Notes under the pieces: model-generated
Told to the model about the DNA's origin: nothing
Seen by the model: only the letters and a program-made list of their open reading frames with translations
The model's database searches: none
In this document: positions 49,530-58,760 of the stretch, one piece after another
Layout of the letters: each line of letters opens with the position of its first letter
How positions within the stretch are numbered: the stretch's first letter is position 1
Position numbers and translations under genes: made by a program
From: Polyangiaceae bacterium
Lineage (GTDB): Bacteria; Myxococcota_A; Polyangia; Polyangiales; Polyangiaceae
Length of the DNA: 64,000 nucleotides
Direction: 5' to 3'
Assembly: GCA_033763455.1 (NCBI GenBank)
Contig: JANRKO010000047.1
Coordinates: 64,001 to 128,000 of the forward strand

Positions 49530-50416
49530 ACTTCTTGATTGCCCTCGGCGTTACCTTTTTTGCATGTTTTCTCTTGGTGCCCATGGCGCTTGGCCTGGCG
49601 CGCCTGTTTGCGCTCTACGTAGTGGTGCGCGAGCGCCAGTGCGTGGTGTTTGAGCTCTTTGGCAAGGTTCGCTCCGTGATCGTGGAACCAGGCCTGCACA
49701 GCCCTTGGCTCAGCATGGGGCCATTTGCGATGCTGGTACCATTCTTCGGCAAAAAATTCACTGTGGATCTACGCTTGGATCAGATCTACCTGCGAAGCCA
49801 GCCCGTCAATTCTGAAGAAGGTGCCCCTATGGGGATCGGTGTCTGGTGCGAAATGTTCGTAAGCGACCCTGTCGCCTATCTGTACAAGAACACCGATCCA
49901 TTTGGCTCGCTGCGGGCCAATGTCTCCAACGCCACCGTCCGTTGCCTCAGCAACATGAAGCTTGCGGAAATGCTCGAAAATCGCCACGCCATGAGCGGTG
50001 TGGTGCGTGAAGAGGTATCCGGGAAATCCCAAGAGTGGGGCTTTCGTGTGGGGAGCATCTACATTCGAAAGGTCCACTTTCGCGACTACGGCATGATCTC
50101 GCAAATCGAGCAAAAGGTAGTCAATCGCTTGCGCCAAGTAACCGCCGCGATCCAGCAGGACGGTTCCAATCGGGTGAATGTTATCCACTCCACTGCGGAG
50201 CGCGAAGCCGCTATCGAATTCGCGAAAGCCCAAGCCACACGTCCGCTCATAGTGGGCCGCGCACTTTCCGAAATCTCCAGAGAGCCACATATTGCGGCGG
50301 CGCTGTTTGACGTGCTCGAGATCCAGAGCCAGCTACAAAGCCCTAACCTACAGATTAACATCGTACCTGCAGGCACTACCGTTATCGCCGGCATATCCGG
50401 TGCGGTTGCAAGTTAA
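49526..50416 (+). CDS. SPFH/Band 7 domain protein (second)
   Basis: N-terminal TM, V.ELFGKV....EPGLH, WGFRVGSIYIRKV. Confidence 0.8.
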   Translation: MNFLIALGVTFFACFLLVPMALGLARLFALYVVVRERQCVVFELFGKVRSVIVEPGLHSPWLSMGPFAMLVPFFGKKFTVDLRLDQIYLRSQPVNSEEGAPMGIGVWCEMFVSDPVAYLYKNTDPFGSLRANVSNATVRCLSNMKLAEMLENRHAMSGVVREEVSGKSQEWGFRVGSIYIRKVHFRDYGMISQIEQKVVNRLRQVTAAIQQDGSNRVNVIHSTAEREAAIEFAKAQATRPLIVGRALSEISREPHIAAALFDVLEIQSQLQSPNLQINIVPAGTTVIAGISGAVAS

Positions 50417-50434
50417 CATCAGGAGAATGCCCTC

Positions 50435-51787
50435 GTGTCCCTCTCTGATCGAGAAGCCCCACCCCGCCCTCCCGCGCCCACCCCTGTTCGGTTTAGCAGG
50501 CTGAGCGAGGTAGCTCGCGGAGGCATGGGGCGCATCGATGCCGCTCATGATCCTGTGCTGGGGCGCAGAGTGGCAATCAAGAGCCTTCACCCCGAGCTTC
50601 TGCAAGATCCGTTGGCAGCCATCCGCTTCTCCGAGGAGGCCCAAATTACGGGGCAATTAGAACATCCCAATGTCGCCCCTATTTATGACCTCGGCGAGGA
50701 CGAAAACGGCCCTTTTATTGTGATGAAGCTCTTGGCCGGGCGAAGCCTCGGCCAATTATTGTTCGACGCGGCGGGGCATCCGCGAAGGGATGCAGAAGGT
50801 GTGGATCAGCTGCACCGATTCGTGCAAATGGTGGTCCGCTTATGCGATGCTCTATCGTTTGCGCATAGCCGCGGAGTCATCCACTGTGACGTAAAGCCCG
50901 ATAACATCATGATCGGCGAGCACGGTCAGGTGTATTTGATGGACTGGGGCGTAGCCCTGCTTCTGAGCGATCGCACGGCAGCCGAACACTCTACCAGCGA
51001 AGCCCCTCTAGAAGCCACCGCACCGAGTGAAGCCGCTAACTGGGCAACGCGGGACTCCTTTGTGCGCGTCACCGGCAGCCCGGAAGACACGGGGGCCTTC
51101 CGGGGTACTCCCGCGTATATGTCGCCCGAACAGATCCTCGGGAAAACGGAGCTGATCGACGCTCGCACCGACGTATTTGGCCTGGGCGGTGTGTTATTCG
51201 AAATCCTCACCGGCCATCCGCCAAATGATCCAGCGCGGCTGCGCGGCCCCGCTTTCAACCGCGAACACACCCTCCCGCTGAAGAGCACGGTATGGGAACA
51301 ACTGCCACCCGAGCTCTGTCGCATCGCTATAAAGTGCCTTTCACCCCTGCAGGAGAATCGCTATCCCTCAGTGGAGGCATTGAAGGCGGATCTAGAGCAA
51401 TTCCTAAAAGGTGGCGGCTGGTTCGAAACGGCCATCTTTAAGCCGGGCGAAAGCATCGTGGCAGAGGGGGCGCCAGGAGACACCGCCTACATCATTCAGA
51501 GCGGCAATTGCGACGTCTTCAAGGATATTCAAGGCCAGCGCGTGTTCATCCGCCAGCTGGGGCCGGGCGCCGTTTTTGGCGAAGCGGCAGTGTTCACAGG
51601 GGGGTCTCGAACAGCTTCCGTGGTCGCCGTGGATACCGTAACCGTTAAGGTAATAACGGGTGCGGCGCTCAATCGAGAGCTCGATCAAAACCCGTGGTTG
51701 GCCGCCTTCGTTCGCTCACTAGCGGGGCTGTTCCGCGAGGCGGATGCTGCCATCTCGCAACGCACACCAGCTAAGGCCGAACCGTAA
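50435..51787 (+). CDS. Ser/Thr protein kinase with C-terminal cNMP-binding domain
   Basis: ARGGMG, VAIK, HCDVKPDN, DWG, GTPAYMSPEQ; C-terminal FGEAA....RTASV. Confidence 0.92.
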   Translation: MSLSDREAPPRPPAPTPVRFSRLSEVARGGMGRIDAAHDPVLGRRVAIKSLHPELLQDPLAAIRFSEEAQITGQLEHPNVAPIYDLGEDENGPFIVMKLLAGRSLGQLLFDAAGHPRRDAEGVDQLHRFVQMVVRLCDALSFAHSRGVIHCDVKPDNIMIGEHGQVYLMDWGVALLLSDRTAAEHSTSEAPLEATAPSEAANWATRDSFVRVTGSPEDTGAFRGTPAYMSPEQILGKTELIDARTDVFGLGGVLFEILTGHPPNDPARLRGPAFNREHTLPLKSTVWEQLPPELCRIAIKCLSPLQENRYPSVEALKADLEQFLKGGGWFETAIFKPGESIVAEGAPGDTAYIIQSGNCDVFKDIQGQRVFIRQLGPGAVFGEAAVFTGGSRTASVVAVDTVTVKVITGAALNRELDQNPWLAAFVRSLAGLFREADAAISQRTPAKAEP

Positions 51788-52607
51788 GCACACTCACAGC
51801 ACCGCCGAGCACCCGCACGGGAACCTGGCGCACCAGTGTACCCGAGAGCTCCAGGGTAACGTCTCGAAATACGCCATTGGCCGCCGGAATATTCCCCACA
51901 AACGCCCGCCCCAGTGCCGTTGTTTCGGAAATATTACTCGCCCAGCTGACCCCGATTGCGTAGGCAACAAGGGTATCTGTGGGGGCAGCGACGGCCACAC
52001 CAAGCAACGGCAAGTTATTTGCATCCACAACATTCAAGACCACATGAGCTGCCGTGTCGCTCCGCAGAATGCGGCTTGGAGCTTGAGCAAATACAGAGTC
52101 AACCGCCGACGAACGAGCCAACACGATGTCAGTTGTCTTCAATGCCTGAGTGTTGAACGAGAACAAAGTGGTGAGCGCATCTTGGCCACCATCAGGCTTG
52201 GCGCTGAACCAATTGGCTGTGGCTTCTTTGACCTCAAAGCGAAAGACACCGTTGCCGAGGTAAAGCGTATTTACCCGAGTGCCCATGGCTCCATCTGCCG
52301 AAATAGTCACCTGCCCGCCAAAGCCCGATTTGCTCGTGAACTGCTCATCGCGATACAGCTCCACCTTGCCGGAGACCGCGACCGCCTTACCCGACGTGCC
52401 CGGCTGCCCTCCAGTTCCCGATACGCCACCGCCACCCGCAGTGGGTACCGTGGGCACGCCACTCGTAACGCGCACTGGGCCGACACAAGTTGCCCCGGCG
52501 CTCCCACAGGGATCGGCGTACGGAGGCTTCGCATCTGGCTTCGTGCTGCAGCCAGCCCCGGGAACTGTAGCGAGCAGTGCTAGGGCCGAGAGGAGGCGGA
52601 TGTTCAT
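51771..52607 (-). CDS. Hypothetical lipoprotein, beta-rich
   Basis: MNIRLLSALALL...GAGC lipobox; the longer track ORF overlaps the Kazal gene and was trimmed. Confidence 0.65.
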   Translation of the reverse strand: MNIRLLSALALLATVPGAGCSTKPDAKPPYADPCGSAGATCVGPVRVTSGVPTVPTAGGGGVSGTGGQPGTSGKAVAVSGKVELYRDEQFTSKSGFGGQVTISADGAMGTRVNTLYLGNGVFRFEVKEATANWFSAKPDGGQDALTTLFSFNTQALKTTDIVLARSSAVDSVFAQAPSRILRSDTAAHVVLNVVDANNLPLLGVAVAAPTDTLVAYAIGVSWASNISETTALGRAFVGNIPAANGVFRDVTLELSGTLVRQVPVRVLGGAVSVLTVRP

Positions 52608-52665
52608 CTGCTCAGCATACGTCCGTCGAGAGCCGCGACCAAGCGGAACTGGGGTGAGCGGAGCG

Positions 52666-53730
52666 CTACTCGGCAGCGCCTGCCGTACAGCCGCATACCG
52701 ATGGAGAGGCATCCCATTGAGTGCCCCGCTTGCAGCTCCCGACAACCTCACACGCGCACACCCCGCCGCAATCTGCACCGCCGTTTGCAGGGTCACAGTT
52801 GTCGCTTGGGTCGTCAACGCAGTTACCTGCGCCCGGGCACGCGAAGGCGGCAATACCGCCGCAGAATACCTTCGCCGGAGCAGAGCTTTGGAGGCAGGCT
52901 TTAAGCTCAGCGCTTGGTGTAAACCCACATTCTCCCGAGGCTTGGCGCTCGCACGCCGCCTTTTGAAAGCAAGCGAATTCTGGGCGATACTCGCATGTGG
53001 AAGCCACATCTTGATTGGAACAGATTTCACCCGAGCAACCCGTGCGGCGGCAATCTGTAGTTGAAGCCTGACACTCGCCTTCGTGCTTCACTTCAACGGA
53101 CGCACATTTCGCTTCACAAGCATTACCGTACGTTTGCCCGTTTGCTCCGCACACCGGGAAGTACTCCTTGGTGCACGCGCAGGCCGGAACACACCGCGCA
53201 ACGGGCAGACAAGGGGCAGCGACGCAAACAACCTGCTCCGCCACGCACTGCTCGCCCTCCGGGCAGCTGGTGCTTGCGCATGGATCCTGCTCATTTGGCA
53301 CGCACATCGGGGCATCAGCCGGGGCGCTGCAATGCTCATCGCTCGGACATGCAAAACCCTGACATGGGTCAACCAGAGCTACGCATTGCGCGCCATTCAC
53401 ACCTTCAACACACTTACTACCCTGTTCGCATTGAAGGCTTGCGCAAGACGGCGGGGGCGTGGTGCTGGGGGCGGTAGGGGTTGGAACGCCAGAAGCGGTA
53501 GTGCTTGGGGGGGGAGCAATAGGGCCACCTGCAGGCGTTGTGCTACTCCCCGGCGGGGGATTGCCAGGCTGCGTGGGGGAGGTGCTTTGCGTGACAGTGG
53601 GGGACGGCGACGCACCATCCAACGACACTTGCCCATTCGAAGCATCGAACAAACCGTCTGTTTGCTTGCCTCCGCAAGCCGTGAACAACAGAAGCAACAA
53701 TCCCGTTAAGCAGATATTCTGTTTCGCCAT
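52666..53730 (-). CDS. Cys-rich lipoprotein with Kazal-type protease inhibitor domain
   Basis: Lipobox FTAC; CTKEYFPVCGANGQTYGNACEAKC..V..EGEC Kazal; further Cys-rich modules. Confidence 0.8.
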   Translation of the reverse strand: MAKQNICLTGLLLLLFTACGGKQTDGLFDASNGQVSLDGASPSPTVTQSTSPTQPGNPPPGSSTTPAGGPIAPPPSTTASGVPTPTAPSTTPPPSCASLQCEQGSKCVEGVNGAQCVALVDPCQGFACPSDEHCSAPADAPMCVPNEQDPCASTSCPEGEQCVAEQVVCVAAPCLPVARCVPACACTKEYFPVCGANGQTYGNACEAKCASVEVKHEGECQASTTDCRRTGCSGEICSNQDVASTCEYRPEFACFQKAACERQASGECGFTPSAELKACLQSSAPAKVFCGGIAAFACPGAGNCVDDPSDNCDPANGGADCGGVCACEVVGSCKRGTQWDASPSVCGCTAGAAE

Positions 53731-54222
53731 GACTCGCTCTCCGACAGCGCTCGACTTGCATAGCACAACTTATGGTGAACGTCACAGCGCCATTTGAGCG
53801 AGTTACTCGCGAAAGCAGAATGCAGGATACCCATTCAAAGTATACTTACGAGTATACGTGGTGCTTGGACGCCCGCGACGCGGGAATGTATGTTTGACCG
53901 CGACACGTTCACTTACCATGACAGGAACTGGTCAATGTGCGTACCAGCCCATTCTGCTGGATTTTTCCGCTGATCGCCCATGCACGCTTTGCGCCGTCCA
54001 ATTGTTAGTTGGAGCAGTCGGCGGCTTCGCGGCTGTCGGCATTCAAACATCACCAAAATCCGAGTGCGTTTAGCTGGGGTTGCGGTGTTTGGTTTGAGCA
54101 CGTTCCGAGGCTTCTTCGGCGCGATAACAGTGGGGCGCGTAATGATCTCAAAAAGGAGGTCGGCGTAGCGGGTAACAGCATCGATGCAGCGCAGCTGCGG
54201 GAGCGTGTGCATTCACCCTAGC

Positions 54223-54252
54223 GAGAGGTACTTGTCATGCTAAGTACCTCTC
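54223..54252. repeat. CATG-centred imperfect palindrome GAGAGGTACTTGTCATGCTAAGTACCTCTC
   Basis: Its core is the exact reverse complement of the 17-mer at 35532 and 35665. Confidence 0.8.
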
Positions 54253-54432
54253 AGCGACGAGAAGAGCCTCTGCGGAGCCTCGAAAACCGACCTCCGGTTC
54301 GAGCGCTTGCCGCCAGCAGCGCTCGACGCACCAAGCGGTTTGAAGCACGTCCATGGGATAAAGCTCGACGCCATCACGCATAAAACTCGACGCCATTGAA
54401 CAATTTGCAGCAAACAACGAATTCGTTAGCAA

Positions 54433-55368
54433 TTACAAAATTTTAGACGGCGAAGCACCACTCGCACGCAACCGCCTGTGCACCAAGATTGCCGCAGCCG
54501 CCAGCCCCACCCCAATGAGCTGTGAGGTACTCAGCCCCAACAACCCCCCACGCTCGTCGTCGCGCCAGAACTCAAGCACAAACCGCAGCGCGGCGTAGAG
54601 CAAAACGAACATAACAAACACATGGCCGTCGTAACGTTTGCGTCCGTGAAAATACAATATCAGAAACGCCGCGATAGCGAAGCTGCCAAAAGATTCATAG
54701 ATCTGCGTCGGGTGCACAGGGAGCGAAACATCCAGAGGCGACCCGATGCTCCCCGCCTTGAACTGCGCTTCACTTGCTGGGCTGTTCGATGGGAAGCTGA
54801 GGCCAATCGGCATAGGTGTGGGGCTACCAAAACAGCAACCTGCCAAGAGGCACCCCATGCGGCCGAAGCCGAGCCCCACCGGGACGACCAAACCCGCCAT
54901 GTCTGCCGCGCGCCAGAAGGGAAACTTATCCACGCGCAGCAAACGCACGGCTACGAGCGCTGCCCCTATGAACCCGCCGTAATAGGTGAGGCCTCCAGCC
55001 CAAAATTCGGCCCAACGAAAGCAATCTCGCTCAACAGGGTGGCACACCTTGCGCGCCGCATCCCAGACGCCGCCGTAATCTGCGCTCGTGCATTGCCCCT
55101 GCGTGACCAACCAGTCCACCTTGCTAGGATCGGTGCAGAGGTGCACATAATCCATGAAATGGCCATCCGCGATAACGTGCAAGATACGCGCGCCCAACAC
55201 ACCCGCGATGAGCATGGCAACCCCGAGATCCACGATCACGTCTGGGTTGTGGCCCAGGCGACGTGCCCAGAGGGCCCCCATCGATGTTGCGAATACGAAG
55301 CCAACTAGCAGCAGAACAAAATAGCTAGGGAAGCCGGTATCAAACAGGGTGAACAGGCGACCTTGCAT
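54433..55368 (-). CDS. lgt: Prolipoprotein diacylglyceryl transferase
   Basis: GAR, GGLTYYGG, GRMGCLLAGCCFG, HPTQIYES, RFVLEFWR. Confidence 0.93.
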   Translation of the reverse strand: MQGRLFTLFDTGFPSYFVLLLVGFVFATSMGALWARRLGHNPDVIVDLGVAMLIAGVLGARILHVIADGHFMDYVHLCTDPSKVDWLVTQGQCTSADYGGVWDAARKVCHPVERDCFRWAEFWAGGLTYYGGFIGAALVAVRLLRVDKFPFWRAADMAGLVVPVGLGFGRMGCLLAGCCFGSPTPMPIGLSFPSNSPASEAQFKAGSIGSPLDVSLPVHPTQIYESFGSFAIAAFLILYFHGRKRYDGHVFVMFVLLYAALRFVLEFWRDDERGGLLGLSTSQLIGVGLAAAAILVHRRLRASGASPSKIL

Positions 55369-55392
55369 GACGCTCAGGAGTTGCGTGGGGCT

Positions 55393-56151
55393 CTAAGGCG
55401 CGGCCGTATCCGAACCTTGGGGGATGGCTGGGTCGAGCGTTGAACCCGCGTGGGGTTCGGCCTCGTGGTGGCGGTGAGAGGTGAACATGTCTACCGCCAT
55501 AAGGCCAACGCCGATGCAAATCGAAATATCAGCCACGTTGAAGGTGGGCCAATGATCAGTGATGCCCCAACCTGAGTGCAGCTTGGCGATGATTCGATTC
55601 ATGCTTTCGACCCAAGCGGCGCGGTAATCGATGAAATCAACGACGCTGCTGCGAGTAATGCGATCCGAAAGATTCCCGAGCGCACCACCCAGTACCAAAG
55701 GCAAGCCCCACTTGAGCGCCCACTGGCGCGGATTCAGACGCCCATACAAAGATACAATGAACGCAATTGCCAACAGGCTAACCATTAAGAAAAATGGCCG
55801 ACGGATAGACTCGCTGGCATCCTGCAAAAGGCCCCACGCACCGCCTCTGTTGTACGCTAGCGTGAATGCTAGGTGGTCTTCCACCAAGGTGTACGGTGGG
55901 TCGAATGGGGTCCGACGCGTGAGCGTAATCTCTGCCCATGCTTTGGACGCGACATCCAACGCTAACGATATCGCGGAAACGACACCGAAAAACACGAACG
56001 TGGGGCGACCATGCCACGCGGGCGTGGTGCCTTGGACCACCTCGGGCACGCGCGCCACCGGTGGCTGCGCCTCGGAATTGGAAGCGGCGCCTCCGGGCTC
56101 CGTGTGGGCGCCAGAGTGGGGGTGTTCGTTTGCGTTGGTTTCTTCAGACAT
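55393..56151 (-). CDS. lspA: Lipoprotein signal peptidase II
   Basis: D..SK, N.GGAWG, GGALGNLSDR, VVDFID, WPTFNVAD. Confidence 0.95.
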   Translation of the reverse strand: MSEETNANEHPHSGAHTEPGGAASNSEAQPPVARVPEVVQGTTPAWHGRPTFVFFGVVSAISLALDVASKAWAEITLTRRTPFDPPYTLVEDHLAFTLAYNRGGAWGLLQDASESIRRPFFLMVSLLAIAFIVSLYGRLNPRQWALKWGLPLVLGGALGNLSDRITRSSVVDFIDYRAAWVESMNRIIAKLHSGWGITDHWPTFNVADISICIGVGLMAVDMFTSHRHHEAEPHAGSTLDPAIPQGSDTAAP

Positions 56152-56234
56152 CGAGCCTCCGCTTCCCTTACGACAAACGCCTAAGCTTTTCCTACCCCGT
56201 TTACAAACCACCGCACATCTGTTTAGTCTTCTAT

Positions 56235-58742
56235 ATGGTCAGAGCGCCCTGGGCCAAGTCGGTTGGTATCGATAACGTGCTCGAGGAATGGGGCCGATCT
56301 GGGAGCATTCAGGAGTGTTTTGCCACCCAGCGGAGCATCGGCGCCCAGGCAGCTCGCATGAGCCCTGCGCCTTCAGGGTTGGCCCCTGAGCTCGTCCAGG
56401 CGCTGGCGGCGCGAGGCATTCATGATCTTTACAGCCATCAGGCCCAAGCGGTGTCTGCGGCGCTTGCAGGTCGCCATGTGGTGGTCGCCACGCCCACAGC
56501 GAGCGGCAAGAGCTACTGCTTTCATTTGCCCGTGCTCGATGCCTTGGTACGGAACCCTAGCGCCACCGCCCTTTACCTCTACCCCACCAAGGCGCTCTCC
56601 CGCGATCAGGAGCATAACCTCAGGGCTTTTATGGGCGACGCTGGCATGCAAACACCCGCCACTGTGTTCGACGGGGACACACCAGGCGATGCACGGCGGG
56701 TCGCTCGCGAGCAAGCACGGGTTATCCTCACCAATCCAGATATGCTGCATTCGGGGATCCTGCCGAATCACGCGCGTTGGGCGAGCCTATTTCGAGGCTT
56801 GCGGTATGTGGTTTTAGACGAGCTACACACCTATCGCGGTATTTTTGGTTCCCACATGGCGCACGTGGTGGCGCGCCTGCGGCGTATCGCGAATTTTCAC
56901 GGTAGTGATCCGAAATTTATCGCTGCCACCGCCACCATTGGAAATCCTAAAGAGCATGCAGCGCGGCTGTTGGGTGTTGAGCCCGAAAGCATTGAGCTTG
57001 TGGATGAGTCGGGAGCGCCACGCACCGCACGTGAATTTTTTCTCTACAATCCGCCGATCGTGAATGAAGAGCTGGGGATTCGTGGCAGCTCTTTACACCA
57101 TTCGGTAAATTTGGCGGCGGATCTCGTGCGGGCGCGGGTGCCCACCATCGTGTTCGGCCCTTCCCGCAATTCCGTAGAAATCATGCTGAAATACTTGCGC
57201 GATCAATGCCGGGATGTTCCGGCAGAAGCCATCATGGCCTACCGGGGCGGCTATCTGCCACAAGCGCGAAGGGAAATAGAGCGGGGGCTGCGCGAGGGGG
57301 AGATTTTGTGTGTGGTGGCCACCAACGCGCTGGAGCTCGGCATTGATATTGGAGATCTGCAGGCGGTGGTGTGTGCCGGCTATCCGGGCTCCGTTGCCGG
57401 GCTGTGGCAGCGTTTTGGGCGAGCCGGGCGTCGAGGTGAAAAGAGCATCGCTGTGTTGGTGTGCGGCAGCTCCGGCCTGGATCAGTATCTAGCTCAAGAT
57501 CCTGAATACTTGTTGAAAGCCTCCGCCGAGGAAGCTCGTATTGATCCGGCAAACGTTGAGATTGTGATCTCGCACCTCAAGTGCGCCACGTTTGAAGCTC
57601 CTTTTGAGTTAACGGCTCAGGGCAATAGGCCCGCTTCCCCCGTTGCACCGAGCGGAGAGCACTACCTTTCTTTAACCACCGAAGGCACACGAGATGCGCT
57701 CGAATATTTGGCGAGCCACGGCCTGGTGCATGCCACAAAGGATCGTTATTTTTGGGCCGGAGAGGCGTTTCCAGCCAGCCACGTTTCGTTGAGAAATATT
57801 GGCTGGGATAACTTCGTGATCATCGATACCGCCACCGATAAAACCCTGGCAGAGCTCGATTTTCGCGCCGCGCACACCATGCTGCATGAGCAGGCCATCT
57901 ACCAGCACGATGCCGAACAATACCAAGTGGAGCGCCTCGACTTCGAGAATCACAAGGCCTACGTCACCAAAGTAAAGCCCGATTATTTCACCACTGCCCT
58001 CACCTATCGCACCGTGCAGGTGATCGAGGAAAGCAGCACCTCACGCTTAGGGAAAGCAAGGATCGGCCTCGGGGACGTGAAGGTGGAAGAAAAGGTTACC
58101 GGCTACAAAAAAGTGAAGTTTTTCACCCACGAGAACGCAGGCTACGGGGAGGTATTTCTTCCAGAAATGCAGATGCACACCACCTCCTTCTGGCTCACGG
58201 TACCAGAGGCGCTCGTGGCCGGCTTGGGGCATGAGCGGCCCGACGTGATCGACGGGCTCCGCGGCTTAGGAACGGCCTTGGAAACGATCGCCACCTTGGC
58301 CCTCATGTGTGATCCGCGAGACATTGGGCAAACTTTGGGGGACGGCGGGGACGAAGCCCTGGCACTACGTGCCGAACATGCCCCTTTGCCACAATCAGCC
58401 GAGGTGAGGGCTCCCGAGCAAGCTTTGAGTTACAGCACGGCGCCAGGAAGAAATCCGCACACTGGCCAAACCGGTCAGCACGATCCGACCATTTTCTTAT
58501 TCGACGCCCACCCGGGCGGTGTCGGTTTAGCGCCACGGATTTATGAACGCGCAGTGGAATTGTTGGGTCGAGCCAAACTGTTGATTGAAGGCTGTGGGTG
58601 CCAAGTTGGGTGTCCAGGCTGCGTCGGTCCGAGTGATATGCGGCGCACTAGGCGCAGCATGGCGCTCCGGCTAGCTTCAGCCTTACTCGATCCGGTGGTC
58701 GTCCCCCGCCCCGACGTTGCGGCTCTGCACATGTCGCCGTAG
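56235..58742 (+). CDS. DEAD/DEAH helicase with DUF1998 Zn-binding C-terminus (YprA/MrfA/Hrq1-like)
   Basis: YSHQ, TPTASGKS, PTKAL, DELH, ELGIDIG, QRFGRAGR; MCD...D.HPGGVG...CGC..GCPGC. Confidence 0.9.
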   Translation: MVRAPWAKSVGIDNVLEEWGRSGSIQECFATQRSIGAQAARMSPAPSGLAPELVQALAARGIHDLYSHQAQAVSAALAGRHVVVATPTASGKSYCFHLPVLDALVRNPSATALYLYPTKALSRDQEHNLRAFMGDAGMQTPATVFDGDTPGDARRVAREQARVILTNPDMLHSGILPNHARWASLFRGLRYVVLDELHTYRGIFGSHMAHVVARLRRIANFHGSDPKFIAATATIGNPKEHAARLLGVEPESIELVDESGAPRTAREFFLYNPPIVNEELGIRGSSLHHSVNLAADLVRARVPTIVFGPSRNSVEIMLKYLRDQCRDVPAEAIMAYRGGYLPQARREIERGLREGEILCVVATNALELGIDIGDLQAVVCAGYPGSVAGLWQRFGRAGRRGEKSIAVLVCGSSGLDQYLAQDPEYLLKASAEEARIDPANVEIVISHLKCATFEAPFELTAQGNRPASPVAPSGEHYLSLTTEGTRDALEYLASHGLVHATKDRYFWAGEAFPASHVSLRNIGWDNFVIIDTATDKTLAELDFRAAHTMLHEQAIYQHDAEQYQVERLDFENHKAYVTKVKPDYFTTALTYRTVQVIEESSTSRLGKARIGLGDVKVEEKVTGYKKVKFFTHENAGYGEVFLPEMQMHTTSFWLTVPEALVAGLGHERPDVIDGLRGLGTALETIATLALMCDPRDIGQTLGDGGDEALALRAEHAPLPQSAEVRAPEQALSYSTAPGRNPHTGQTGQHDPTIFLFDAHPGGVGLAPRIYERAVELLGRAKLLIEGCGCQVGCPGCVGPSDMRRTRRSMALRLASALLDPVVVPRPDVAALHMSP

Positions 58743-58760
58743 CCTAGGCGCCAGGCTGAC

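Noticed and set aside
56235..58742. DISARM/Druantia defence system
   Set aside because: Single fused helicase-DUF1998 with no methylase, DrmA/DrmC or other defence genes nearby; fits MrfA/Hrq1.
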